Positions 18,744 through 27,939 of a stretch of 64,000 nucleotides of DNA are shown here, piece by piece; within the stretch, counting starts at the first letter, position 1; each line of letters starts with the position of its first letter. Origin of the DNA: Escherichia phage RB32. The stretch lies in sequence record NC_008515.1; one strand, written 5' to 3'. Under the pieces are notes generated by a model. The model was not told the origin of the DNA, made no database searches, and saw only the letters and a program-made list of their open reading frames with translations. The position numbers and the translations under genes were made by a program.

Positions 18744-18926
18744 TTATCCTCGGCAATCCACTTCGCACACTTTCTTGTCATCAATGAAAGCTTTAACTAA
18801 TGCTTTATTAACTTCAGCATACTGAGTAGTAGCCCATTGAACGTCATCTTTCATCATTGTGGTTTCTTTAGTAAACATGCTTTCATTCTTAAACCACCCC
18901 ATAAAAACTACCTTTACCAATTCCAT
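18744..18926 (-). CDS. dmd: Dmd antitoxin (inhibitor of host RnlA/LsoA mRNA endoribonucleases)
   Basis: 60-aa ORF MELVKVVFMGWFKNESMFTKE...DDKKVCEVDCRG matches T4 Dmd (gene 61.5) as recalled. Confidence 0.85.
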   Translation of the reverse strand: MELVKVVFMGWFKNESMFTKETTMMKDDVQWATTQYAEVNKALVKAFIDDKKVCEVDCRG

Positions 18927-18984
18927 AACAATCTCCTCATTTAACCAACAAGACTACTATACCATAGTCTCGTCAGCTTGTAAA

Positions 18985-20412
18985 CTAAAATTTTAATTCA
19001 TTTGCCAAAGCATCTAACTGAGCTCGAGTCGATTCGTTTCTTTGATAGCGATTCTGTTCAGCCTGAATCTGCTGTGAACCTGCTACCTCACTCACTTCAC
19101 TTGGAGTAGAATCTTGTTCAATTTCTACCCATTTCTGATTTCCTTTTTGAACACCCATCAAAAACTTATTCCATTTGTTCTTATCACCATATCGTGATTT
19201 GATTTGCTTAATAAGTTGTTGTTCAGCAGCTGCTAACTCCTCGGTTTCAATGACCGCAAGCATAAAATCAGCTGTTGCTGGAAGACCGGCAGATTCTGCG
19301 ATATCGCTCATGTTAACATCAGAAGAATCCCAAGCTTGTTTACCAACCTGTGCTGCAGTCCAAAGAACAGTTTCGGTTTCAACAGCCAGAGCACGCAATT
19401 CCTCTGCAATAGCTTTAACAGTTGTGTAACTATTTTCTGAATAAACCCGGATGCGACAAGATTTACAAATACCTAGATAGTCGACAATAATGATTGTTGG
19501 AACAAAATTCTTCTTGAGCTTCAATTCGTTTAAAAGTGATCGAAATGTATTAGCGTCTGCTCCACCAGTAGGATACTGTTTAACGATTAAACGACCGAGA
19601 GTAGATTTCTCACGCCATTTTTCCATTTTTCCTTTATACTCAGCGTAAGAAATATGCCCATCATCAATGTCATCAAGAGAAACATCAAGCATATTAGCAT
19701 CAATACGCTTAGCGCAGACTTCTTCTGCCATTTCCATGGAAATGTAAAGAACATTATGTCCGAGCTGTAAATAATCTGCCGCCAATGAACACAGACCTAA
19801 TGATTTACCAACGTTAACGCCAGCCATTAAAACGTTCAGTGTTCCAGTTTCAGCTCCGCCTTTCGTAATTTTGTTTAGAATTCTGAGTTTAAATGGAACC
19901 TTACGAGCTTTATTCATATAAGATAGCCAACGTGCTTCGTAGTCATCCATCCAATCATGACCAACGTAACTATCAAATGAAATTGATAATGCCTGGCGCA
20001 TGATGTCAGGAATAGCACCTACATCTGGCATTTTCTTATTTCGTTTTTCCGGAGGAAGTTCAGCATTAGTTTGAATTTCGATTATTTTAGACGTAGCATT
20101 AAACATCGCCCTTTGCTGAACATATTTTTCTGTTTCTTTTACTAACCAGCTGTGGTCTTCCGGAGAATCAGCCAGTTTTGAAATAAGTGTTTTTACACCA
20201 GAATATTCTGTTTCAGTAAATGAACTATTTTCTAATGCAACATTTAACGCATTAATAGATGGAACGCTATGATACTCATTGACATGAGATTTAATTAATT
20301 TGAATGTATTTTTAGCTGGACCACTTTCAAAATATTCTGAATCCATATATGGCCAAACTTTTGAAAAATAAGCTTGATCAAATATGAGATGAGAAAGAAT
20401 AATTTCTACCAC
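18985..20412 (-). CDS. 41: replicative DNA helicase (DnaB-like)
   Basis: 475-aa ORF with Walker A GVNVGKS; length equals T4 gp41. Confidence 0.9.
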   Translation of the reverse strand: MVEIILSHLIFDQAYFSKVWPYMDSEYFESGPAKNTFKLIKSHVNEYHSVPSINALNVALENSSFTETEYSGVKTLISKLADSPEDHSWLVKETEKYVQQRAMFNATSKIIEIQTNAELPPEKRNKKMPDVGAIPDIMRQALSISFDSYVGHDWMDDYEARWLSYMNKARKVPFKLRILNKITKGGAETGTLNVLMAGVNVGKSLGLCSLAADYLQLGHNVLYISMEMAEEVCAKRIDANMLDVSLDDIDDGHISYAEYKGKMEKWREKSTLGRLIVKQYPTGGADANTFRSLLNELKLKKNFVPTIIIVDYLGICKSCRIRVYSENSYTTVKAIAEELRALAVETETVLWTAAQVGKQAWDSSDVNMSDIAESAGLPATADFMLAVIETEELAAAEQQLIKQIKSRYGDKNKWNKFLMGVQKGNQKWVEIEQDSTPSEVSEVAGSQQIQAEQNRYQRNESTRAQLDALANELKF

Positions 20413-20421
20413 ACTTACTCC

Positions 20422-20766
20422 TTAAAAGAATTTAAATTTTTTCTTTGACCTTTTATTAAATGCATCTTGTAGTTGCATTGTAATACATTTTTCTACATGA
20501 GGAGCTAACTCAGCTTTTCTTTCTTGGTCAAGAACAGCAAAGTCCATTACAACCTTTCCATCAACCCAATCTAATTTTGTCACATACACAATGTGTGTAG
20601 AACCATCTTCTAGTTTAATGACAATCTCCTGGATAACATTTTCCATGGCAGATTTAATTATCTTAAGAGACTCATTAAAAAGACGCTCTTTTCTTTCTTC
20701 TTCCCCCTCCGAAGAGGGGGATTCATCGATAATTTCTAGATCTAAATCTAAATCATCTTTATTCAT
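20422..20766 (-). CDS. 40: acidic protein at the gene 40 position (head vertex assembly chaperone in T4)
   Basis: ORF track 20422..20784; internal Met at 20766 reduces overlap with uvsX; position between uvsX and 41. Confidence 0.55.
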   Translation of the reverse strand: MNKDDLDLDLEIIDESPSSEGEEERKERLFNESLKIIKSAMENVIQEIVIKLEDGSTHIVYVTKLDWVDGKVVMDFAVLDQERKAELAPHVEKCITMQLQDAFNKRSKKKFKFF

Positions 20767-21940
20767 TAAATTCTTCCATATCACTTAACTGCTCGAGGTC
20801 AGTTTCTAAATCAGCTGCTGATTTACTTTTACTTTCTGGAGATTTAAATTTTTCAACCTTTGAGTTAATCAATTCATCAACTTCAGCTTCAACAATTTCA
20901 TTACTATCAATAGCACCTAACTGATAAGCGCGTTTAATAGCATCTCGGAATGGTTGATGCTTAAATAAAGGACCCCAGAATGTAGTGCAGTTGGTATCTT
21001 TTGCACGCCAAGATTTTTCTTCGCGAATCATCTCGCCGGTTTCTTCGTCAAGAAATTCACGAGCATACCAGCCATTTTTAGGTTTTACTACAAATCCTAA
21101 TTCTAGAGCCATATCTAACAATCCAGAATAAGGATCGATACCACCGTCAAATTTAACATCAATAAAGAATTTACTTTTTTCTTTAACGGTACGAGATTTT
21201 TCTACATTTAGAACAAATTGATACCCTTGAAGATCAGAACCATCTTTAATCTGACGTTTACCGATAATGAATACAGTATCAGCCGAATACATTACGCCTG
21301 TACCACCTGTCATCACGGTTTTACTAAACATTTCAATTGTTTCAATTGTATGGTTAACCGCAACGCATGGAATATTTTTAATGCTAAAATAAGGAGTAAC
21401 AATACGGAATAATGACTTCAGTGATTTAGCACGAGTCATATCTGCCACAGATTTTTCATTCAAGGCATCTTCCGTTTCTTTCTTAGAAGCCATATTACCG
21501 ATTGAGTCGATGAATACAATAACCTTTTCACCACGCTCAATAGCTTCAAGCTGGTTCACCATATCAATTTTCAGTTGTTCAACTGACTGAATTGGCGTAT
21601 GAATTACACGTTCCGGGTCAACTCCCATGGATCGCAAATAAGCTGGAGTAATACCAAATTCGCTATCATAGAATAGACAAACCGCGTCAGGATATTTGTT
21701 CAAATATGCCGCAACCATAGTCAAAGACATATTTGATTTAAAGTGTTTAGAAGGCCCTGCAAAAATAGTTAAACCAGATTGCATACCGCCATCAATCGCA
21801 CCAGAAATAGCAATATTAAGCATTGGGATTTTTGTACGGATTACATCCTTTTCATTAAAGAATTTAGATGTAGTCAGTTCAGCAGTCATTTTAGAAGTGG
21901 AAGCTTTAATCAAACGGGATTTTAAATCTGCAATAGACAT
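20759..21940 (-). CDS. uvsX: UvsX recombinase (RecA-like)
   Basis: 393-aa ORF MSIADLKSRLIKASTSK..., Walker A GPSKHFKS. Confidence 0.9.
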   Translation of the reverse strand: MSIADLKSRLIKASTSKMTAELTTSKFFNEKDVIRTKIPMLNIAISGAIDGGMQSGLTIFAGPSKHFKSNMSLTMVAAYLNKYPDAVCLFYDSEFGITPAYLRSMGVDPERVIHTPIQSVEQLKIDMVNQLEAIERGEKVIVFIDSIGNMASKKETEDALNEKSVADMTRAKSLKSLFRIVTPYFSIKNIPCVAVNHTIETIEMFSKTVMTGGTGVMYSADTVFIIGKRQIKDGSDLQGYQFVLNVEKSRTVKEKSKFFIDVKFDGGIDPYSGLLDMALELGFVVKPKNGWYAREFLDEETGEMIREEKSWRAKDTNCTTFWGPLFKHQPFRDAIKRAYQLGAIDSNEIVEAEVDELINSKVEKFKSPESKSKSAADLETDLEQLSDMEEFNE

Positions 21941-22018
21941 TCATTTTTTTCCATAGGCATCATTATATTTTCCTCACTGGTTAAAGATAGAGTAATTATA
22001 ACACAATAAATTTAGGCA

Positions 22019-22867
22019 TTAATCAACTACTATTGGATGAATAGCATTAAACTTATGAAATGCTTCTGATTTTTCTTTACGCGAAACACACATGCGAAGA
22101 ACCTTTAATGGCTCGTCTTCTTCACCCAACGATTTTCGTTTTTCAATATTCGATGTTTTCCAACGAGCTTGCTCTGGAAACTCTCTATTGATTTGCTCAA
22201 GCGCTCTATTATGTTTAGAATTACTACGAATTGAACTGCACCCGCCAGGAGCTTGTGCTTTTCCAGATACAACTAGATATTTGAACAAGGCCAAATGCGG
22301 ATAACCTTGATTAATTAAATTGAGAAATGCATACATATCTTCACATAAATCAATTTTTCCATACCCAATTTGTTCTGTCGTAAGTTTTCCGAGGTCATAC
22401 CATGTATTCGTGAATCCATATGAGTTTTCACGATAATTACCCCAAGATGAAGTAATTTTAAAAATTGGTAGACGAGCATGACCGTGATAATACCCGCAAT
22501 CCATGGCATCTTCAACATATTGAATCAATTCATAGAACTGTTCACGGGTTAATTGATTGACTTTATCTACACAGCGACGATCATCTCTTTTTCGCATTGA
22601 ACTCATACGAATAGTAGTATCATCGTCAATCATCCAGATTCGTTGACCTGCATACATATCAGTAATTGCTTTACGAGTACCGGCAATTCCATTAACATCA
22701 TCAGGAATAGTTACAATTTTAGCTTTAGACCCATAGGCATCATAATAAGCTTTTTCTTCATGTTCACGCACTACAATATGGGGTTCATAATCAGTCGGAA
22801 ACATATCAAGGGCAGAAACTGCCCCTACACGTTGATAGCTCGGAATTACGAATTGAATCATTTCCAC
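22019..22867 (-). CDS. DNA glycosyltransferase candidate (DxD-type), occupying the slot of T4 beta-glucosyltransferase
   Basis: 282-aa ORF with QRIWMIDDDTTIR (DxD-like); located between uvsX and 42; shorter than T4 beta-gt (351 aa). Confidence 0.5.
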   Translation of the reverse strand: MEMIQFVIPSYQRVGAVSALDMFPTDYEPHIVVREHEEKAYYDAYGSKAKIVTIPDDVNGIAGTRKAITDMYAGQRIWMIDDDTTIRMSSMRKRDDRRCVDKVNQLTREQFYELIQYVEDAMDCGYYHGHARLPIFKITSSWGNYRENSYGFTNTWYDLGKLTTEQIGYGKIDLCEDMYAFLNLINQGYPHLALFKYLVVSGKAQAPGGCSSIRSNSKHNRALEQINREFPEQARWKTSNIEKRKSLGEEDEPLKVLRMCVSRKEKSEAFHKFNAIHPIVVD

Positions 22868-23598
22868 TCACCGTTATAATCTTTTTTCACAATATGAGTT
22901 TCGCCAGTATTCCACCAATGATCAACCAAGTAAAAATGACGAGAATATACATGAAGACTTCCAACATTCCATATAATAGAACCTGCTTTATACTGACGAG
23001 TTGAATCGCCTGCATTCAAATCAGATACTAATTTATCTAATACGTATTTTTGCCATGCATAATCATTACGGAATCCGAAGACCACGTCATTTGAGCGCAT
23101 GTTAACAACCGCATTGATTTTCTTGTCACGAATCAGATACTGTACGGTATTCGTACACATGAAATCTGACATGCCATCTTTATTGTAGTCAAACTGCATA
23201 GATGGACGAGTATAAATCATGATACCACGTCGAGAATCAGGATTTTGACCAAGTTCAGCTAAACACATGTCATATTGAGCATAGTTATCTTCTGACCAGA
23301 TAGCCCAACCATAATTCGAGTTAATTTCACCTTTAGAAGATGCTACCTGCTGCCAAATCTTCGGTGTTTCACCTGGAATATCTTTAACAAACAGACTTTG
23401 AGACTTATACCATTCAAGTTCACGCTGAATGTATTCATCATTAAGAGCGCCAAAAATAAACGGTTCATCTGCTACAAATGATGCGCCAATAATTTCAATA
23501 GTTTTAACACCAGTTTTATCAATTACGAAATCTTTTTCCTTTAATGCAATTCCCAAATGAAGACGGATTTCTTCAACTGTCAAAGAGTCATTAATCAT
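22858..23598 (-). CDS. 42: dCMP hydroxymethylase
   Basis: 246-aa ORF, thymidylate-synthase-like; length and position as T4 gp42. Confidence 0.9.
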   Translation of the reverse strand: MINDSLTVEEIRLHLGIALKEKDFVIDKTGVKTIEIIGASFVADEPFIFGALNDEYIQRELEWYKSQSLFVKDIPGETPKIWQQVASSKGEINSNYGWAIWSEDNYAQYDMCLAELGQNPDSRRGIMIYTRPSMQFDYNKDGMSDFMCTNTVQYLIRDKKINAVVNMRSNDVVFGFRNDYAWQKYVLDKLVSDLNAGDSTRQYKAGSIIWNVGSLHVYSRHFYLVDHWWNTGETHIVKKDYNGEWK

Positions 23599-23605
23599 TT
23601 AAACC

Positions 23606-23755
23606 TCAATTGATACATTCATATTTAAATTGTAACAGTAATAAACCCCACCCTATGATAAGAGTTGGAATCATAGCAGGAACTGTTACGCTATAGTATA
23701 TACTTATTATAACCATCAAGATTAAAAGCAATGCTGTTATAATTTTGCTTTTCAT
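23606..23755 (-). CDS. small hydrophobic peptide, below ORF-track cutoff
   Basis: 49-codon ORF read by hand (MKSKIITALLLILMVIISIYYSVTVPAMIPTLIIGWGLLLLQFKYECIN); ATGA overlap with imm stop. Confidence 0.35.
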   Translation of the reverse strand: MKSKIITALLLILMVIISIYYSVTVPAMIPTLIIGWGLLLLQFKYECIN

Positions 23756-24003
23756 TCCTTCTCTCTGATGATAATTACCTGATTTGGCTGCGCAGACTTT
23801 TTAGTTTCACCTGCAATTGACCAAATAAATGTAATAAACCAACCAATAATTGACCAGTTAAACAGTAAAGATGTGAAAAAGATTCCTACTGTCGATTTTG
23901 ACCCACGCATCAAGGCGATAAACCATGGAAGCATGTATATAATAATAGCCAACACGCCTGAAACTAAAACCATAAAAATTGAACCTGCTACTAAAGTTTC
24001 CAT
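23752..24003 (-). CDS. imm: immunity protein Imm (superinfection exclusion, inner membrane)
   Basis: 83-aa hydrophobic ORF, same length and position as T4 Imm. Confidence 0.8.
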   Translation of the reverse strand: METLVAGSIFMVLVSGVLAIIIYMLPWFIALMRGSKSTVGIFFTSLLFNWSIIGWFITFIWSIAGETKKSAQPNQVIIIREKE

Positions 24004-24010
24004 GTTTTCC

Positions 24011-24403
24011 TCACTTAGTCAAATTTTTTACACATGAATTATAAGAATTCACTACATACTCCATCGGAGCATTTTTACCTGTACGCCATTGGTAATTATT
24101 AGCCCAATTTGCCCAAAGTTCTGCGCAGTAGTTTTCAATTTTTTCTTCGCGTGTAATTACATCCGAATTACGATATGCTTGAGCAGATTCATCTGGACGA
24201 ATAGCTTCGTCAAAATTCGCCTGCATTTGTTCTACTGTTTGCTTTGAAGCTTCTTTATAACACTTGACATTAGGATTATAAAATTTGCTTGAACAGTTTA
24301 CAATTTTTCCTGCATCAGACTGATTTACTACCGGTCCTTGAGCTACACAACCAGTAAGACCTAATGCAATAACCAAAATAGCGATTTTCATTTCATTCTC
24401 CAA
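24011..24403 (-). CDS. putative lipoprotein (imm.1 position)
   Basis: 130-aa ORF, signal peptide with LTGC lipobox. Confidence 0.6.
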   Translation of the reverse strand: MENEMKIAILVIALGLTGCVAQGPVVNQSDAGKIVNCSSKFYNPNVKCYKEASKQTVEQMQANFDEAIRPDESAQAYRNSDVITREEKIENYCAELWANWANNYQWRTGKNAPMEYVVNSYNSCVKNLTK

Positions 24404-24425
24404 ATCCGTATTAGTTGATAGTTGT

Positions 24426-24455
24426 ATAGTACCATGGAAGAACAGTCTTGTAAAC
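24426..24455 (-). promoter_or_regulatory. early promoter (-35 TTTACA, 17-bp spacer, -10 TACTAT) with conserved leader
   Basis: minus strand GTTTACAagactgttcttccatggTACTATacaactatcaact...ggagaatgaaATG. Confidence 0.45.
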
Positions 24456-24542
24456 AGTTTTGTGAAAAATTTTTAGGGAATCCAAAGGGTCCAGAATCAT
24501 CTGTTTTTCATAAGTATAGATTTATATTACTTGTATGAAAAA

Positions 24543-24558
24543 GGGACCTGGAGGTCCC
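24543..24558 (-). terminator. palindromic hairpin after gene 43 stop
   Basis: gggacctggaggtccc immediately 3' of the gp43 stop on the transcript. Confidence 0.45.
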
Positions 24559-24571
24559 TAGATTTATTCTA

Positions 24572-27268
24572 TCAGCCAAACAGGAAGTCTAACGAAGCTT
24601 TTTCTTCATAGTCCATGCCAGCCGATTCACACATACCCGCAAGCGGTTTAACAAACGATTTTTGGAACAAAGTTGAGTGGTCAATCCAAGATAGTACGTC
24701 AGAACGAATTTCTTTTGGAAGTTCTGTACCCGATGGCCAAGCAATGCACTTGTCACCAAATGGATTTCCTTCACGTAATGGAAGAACCATTACTTTATTT
24801 CCATCCAAAATTGGAGCTACACCCAGACCACTAACAGCTCGACGATAAGTTAGCACACCGCGAATATGGAACGGGCATTTAAATCCTGGCCAACCTTTAT
24901 CATCATATTTCGCTATATCGTTCGCAGTTTTTACTTCAGCAATAACTTTATAGTCGAGTTGACGATATTCTTTCTCGAAGTTCTTGTAATATTCTTGGAC
25001 AGACTCTTCGCCTTCCTGAAGAATACGACGAATACTTTCTTCGAGAGCTTCTTGCACTGCTTTTGGTGTTGAACTCTGCTGAGTTTCCATACCCATAATT
25101 TTTAGATGCGGTTCAGCAAATCGTTTATCTTCCATATCATAAACGTTCAGAGCATAACGCTTTTTCGCTTTCCAAAATCCACCAACGCCCTTTGAACCAA
25201 GTGGAGGACAAGAAATAGCTTCACGGTCCATATGCATCAGATGCTCGCGGTTATTCATATAATCGCATAACTCACGATATGCAACATCAATCATAGGTTC
25301 CATCTTTTTCTTACCGAACTGATTCATAAATTCAACCAAATCGTTCTGCTCTTTGAATCGGTCAAGACCAACTTTTTCAATAACTTTATCTACACAAACA
25401 TATACCGAATCAGTATCACCTGCTGCGATGAAATCTTCATCATTAGTTCCGCATACTTTATTCAGATATTCATTAATTTTACGAGCAATCCACTGAATAC
25501 CGACTTGGCCAAAAATTGTGATAGCAGTAGCATTTCGCAAATCATAGTAACGGAAATGAATATTACCAAGAGCACCATAAAGACTGTTAATAAGAATTTT
25601 ACGGTTCAGCTGATTTGTATTAGCAAGTGTAGCAGCTTTTTCACATTCCTCAATCAGACTATTGAGAACAGATTCAGTATAATTCGACAGTTCATTTAAG
25701 AAATCATCATTGAACTTAACATATCGTTCAACTTCTGGTTTAGTTGAACAGGACCCTGCGCCTTTCATAATAATCTTTTTAATAGCTTCGGCATTCATTT
25801 CTTCAGCGAACATTTTCTTTTTCCAGTCTTTACGCTGGAAAAATACTTTAGCGATTTCCTTTGGAATGATACCTTCTTGATGCTTATCATACATCCATCC
25901 ATTCGGAGAACAAGAATATTCATCACTCGGTTTAGGAGCTGTTCCTGCGATATATTCATGAATTGGATGAACTTTAAACTGCCCACGAATAGTCTCAGGA
26001 CTAATGTTAACCTGACGAATAATGCTCGGATACAGAGACGTCAAGTCAAAACTCATAATATATCGACGAGCAATTGGTTTAGGTTCAAATACAAATGCAC
26101 CCGGAAAACTTTGTTTAACGTGTGAACCTTGTTGAGGAATAACCTTATGTTCACCTTTCAATGAGTTAAAAATAATAGCATCCCAAGTTTTAATAGGACT
26201 CATTACACCGGAAAAAGGCATTTTAGCGTAATAAGACATACTTAAAACTAGATCAATAAACCCACGAATTTTATCAATTGCTTGAACTGATTCTACGTCA
26301 ATGATGTTATAACTAATGTATCGTTGATGATTAGTCTCACGAAGTTTATTAATAGGACCGTCGTATGGTAATTTACCCTTTTTGGTTTCATGTTGAGCAA
26401 CTGATTCCAAAGAGAATGACGGCAAATTAGTAAAAGCGAATTTCTTGTACAAATCTAAATAATCAAGAATAGATACGCCATCAATAGAATAAATTTCTTT
26501 GCTACCGTACATATTTTGAATTAGTTTAGATTTTACTCGACCGATTGGAGAGAAGCGTTTCATACTACGTTCACCGAGAACCATTTTAACGCGATTCATG
26601 ATATACGGAACGTCAAATCCCTCAATATTCCAACCAGTAAAAATAGCAGGTCGTTTCTGTTCCCAGAGATTGATATATTCCATGAGCATATCACGCTCAT
26701 TATCGAATGGCATATAAATTACTCGGTCAAGAATTTCTTGAGGAACTTCATCACCACCTTCGCAGTCGAGCTTAGCAGCTAACTTTGCATCCCATTTTGA
26801 TACTGAACCGTACATTGAATTCAACAAATCAAAGACGTAAAAACGATCGTCAATTGAATCATAATGAGTGATAGCATCAATTTCATATTCTGCTTTCATT
26901 GGGTCAGGAAATTTATCACCAGTAACCTCAATGTCGCAGTTAGCTACACGAACAAATTTTCGGTCATAAACAATTTCTGAACCATATGTATCACTGATGT
27001 AAGCGAGTTTAAAATCGTTCATACCGAGAGCTTCGAGACCGATGTCTTCCATTCGCTTCATCCAGTCTCGCGCATCTTTCATTGATGGAAATTTTTGAGG
27101 AGCGCAATTTTTACCATAAATGTCTTTGTATTTTGACTCTTCCTTACAATGTCTAAACATAGTTGGAAGATATTCTACTTCGCGAGTACGTTCCTTTCCA
27201 TTTTCATCAATATAACGTTCAACAATATTATTTCCGACTGTTTCGATAGAGATATAAAATTCTTTCAT
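24572..27268 (-). CDS. 43: DNA polymerase (family B)
   Basis: 898-aa ORF, exo motif FDIE, polymerase motif GDTDS; length equals T4 gp43. Confidence 0.95.
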   Translation of the reverse strand: MKEFYISIETVGNNIVERYIDENGKERTREVEYLPTMFRHCKEESKYKDIYGKNCAPQKFPSMKDARDWMKRMEDIGLEALGMNDFKLAYISDTYGSEIVYDRKFVRVANCDIEVTGDKFPDPMKAEYEIDAITHYDSIDDRFYVFDLLNSMYGSVSKWDAKLAAKLDCEGGDEVPQEILDRVIYMPFDNERDMLMEYINLWEQKRPAIFTGWNIEGFDVPYIMNRVKMVLGERSMKRFSPIGRVKSKLIQNMYGSKEIYSIDGVSILDYLDLYKKFAFTNLPSFSLESVAQHETKKGKLPYDGPINKLRETNHQRYISYNIIDVESVQAIDKIRGFIDLVLSMSYYAKMPFSGVMSPIKTWDAIIFNSLKGEHKVIPQQGSHVKQSFPGAFVFEPKPIARRYIMSFDLTSLYPSIIRQVNISPETIRGQFKVHPIHEYIAGTAPKPSDEYSCSPNGWMYDKHQEGIIPKEIAKVFFQRKDWKKKMFAEEMNAEAIKKIIMKGAGSCSTKPEVERYVKFNDDFLNELSNYTESVLNSLIEECEKAATLANTNQLNRKILINSLYGALGNIHFRYYDLRNATAITIFGQVGIQWIARKINEYLNKVCGTNDEDFIAAGDTDSVYVCVDKVIEKVGLDRFKEQNDLVEFMNQFGKKKMEPMIDVAYRELCDYMNNREHLMHMDREAISCPPLGSKGVGGFWKAKKRYALNVYDMEDKRFAEPHLKIMGMETQQSSTPKAVQEALEESIRRILQEGEESVQEYYKNFEKEYRQLDYKVIAEVKTANDIAKYDDKGWPGFKCPFHIRGVLTYRRAVSGLGVAPILDGNKVMVLPLREGNPFGDKCIAWPSGTELPKEIRSDVLSWIDHSTLFQKSFVKPLAGMCESAGMDYEEKASLDFLFG

Positions 27269-27328
27269 AGATATTCCTTAGTTTATAGCCCGAGTTATTA
27301 GGCTCTTGATATATTATACTCCAAATAA

Positions 27329-27342
27329 GGGGCCGAAGCCCC
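27329..27342 (-). terminator. GC hairpin with UUCG loop between regA-distal ORF and gene 43
   Basis: ggggccgaagcccc. Confidence 0.4.
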
Positions 27343-27346
27343 TTGC

Positions 27347-27568
27347 TTAAATTAATACCAGTTGTCGGTGAAAAATTGTCAATCCATCTGCATTAATTGA
27401 CTTAACGACTGCTGTAAAATGTTTTTGTTCTGGATGAACTAGTTTTTGAAATTCTACTTGAAATTTTAGTTGGAGGTTTTCTGGTAAATCAAAAAGTGTT
27501 TCTGTCGCAGAAAGATTATATTTTTCTTTAAGAGACGTCATGTATTCTTGTGGAGTTATAGCAGTCAT
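27347..27568 (-). CDS. hypothetical small protein between regA and gene 43
   Basis: ORF track 27347..27610; likely start at internal Met 27568 (MTAITPQEYMTSLKEKYN...), 2 nt after regA stop. Confidence 0.4.
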   Translation of the reverse strand: MTAITPQEYMTSLKEKYNLSATETLFDLPENLQLKFQVEFQKLVHPEQKHFTAVVKSINADGLTIFHRQLVLI

Positions 27569-27569
27569 A

Positions 27570-27938
27570 TTAATTACCAATCGTATATTTAGGAACGAGT
27601 TTCCATTCATGTTTTTGTTTAAAAGAAATAACTCGGAAGTTATTAGTTAAATCTTTCATAAAAGTTCTTTGACCAGGAACGATTTCAATCAGTCCCCAAT
27701 CTTCTAACAGCCATGCAATCGAATCACGACGAACTTCATCTTCTTCTGTCATTTCAACTTGGCGACCATCCATACGAAGCATTTCTTTAAAATGAACGAT
27801 ATAGTATAGTCCTTTTTTCTGAAGAATATGACAGGACTGATACAGAACTTTATCTTTATTATTAGCAATTCCCATACGAGTCAAAGTTTCTTTTACTTTC
27901 AGAAAATCTTCAGGTTTTTTAAGAGTAATTTCAATCAT
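27570..27938 (-). CDS. regA: translational repressor RegA
   Basis: 122-aa ORF MIEITLKKPEDFLKVKETLTRMGIANN...; length equals T4 RegA. Confidence 0.9.
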   Translation of the reverse strand: MIEITLKKPEDFLKVKETLTRMGIANNKDKVLYQSCHILQKKGLYYIVHFKEMLRMDGRQVEMTEEDEVRRDSIAWLLEDWGLIEIVPGQRTFMKDLTNNFRVISFKQKHEWKLVPKYTIGN

Positions 27939-27939
27939 T

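Noticed and set aside
24589-25072. ORFs 24589..24774 (-), 24615..24848 (+) and 24866..25072 (+) at the 3' end of gene 43
   Set aside because: Overlap the DNA polymerase coding sequence in other frames or antisense; no independent support.
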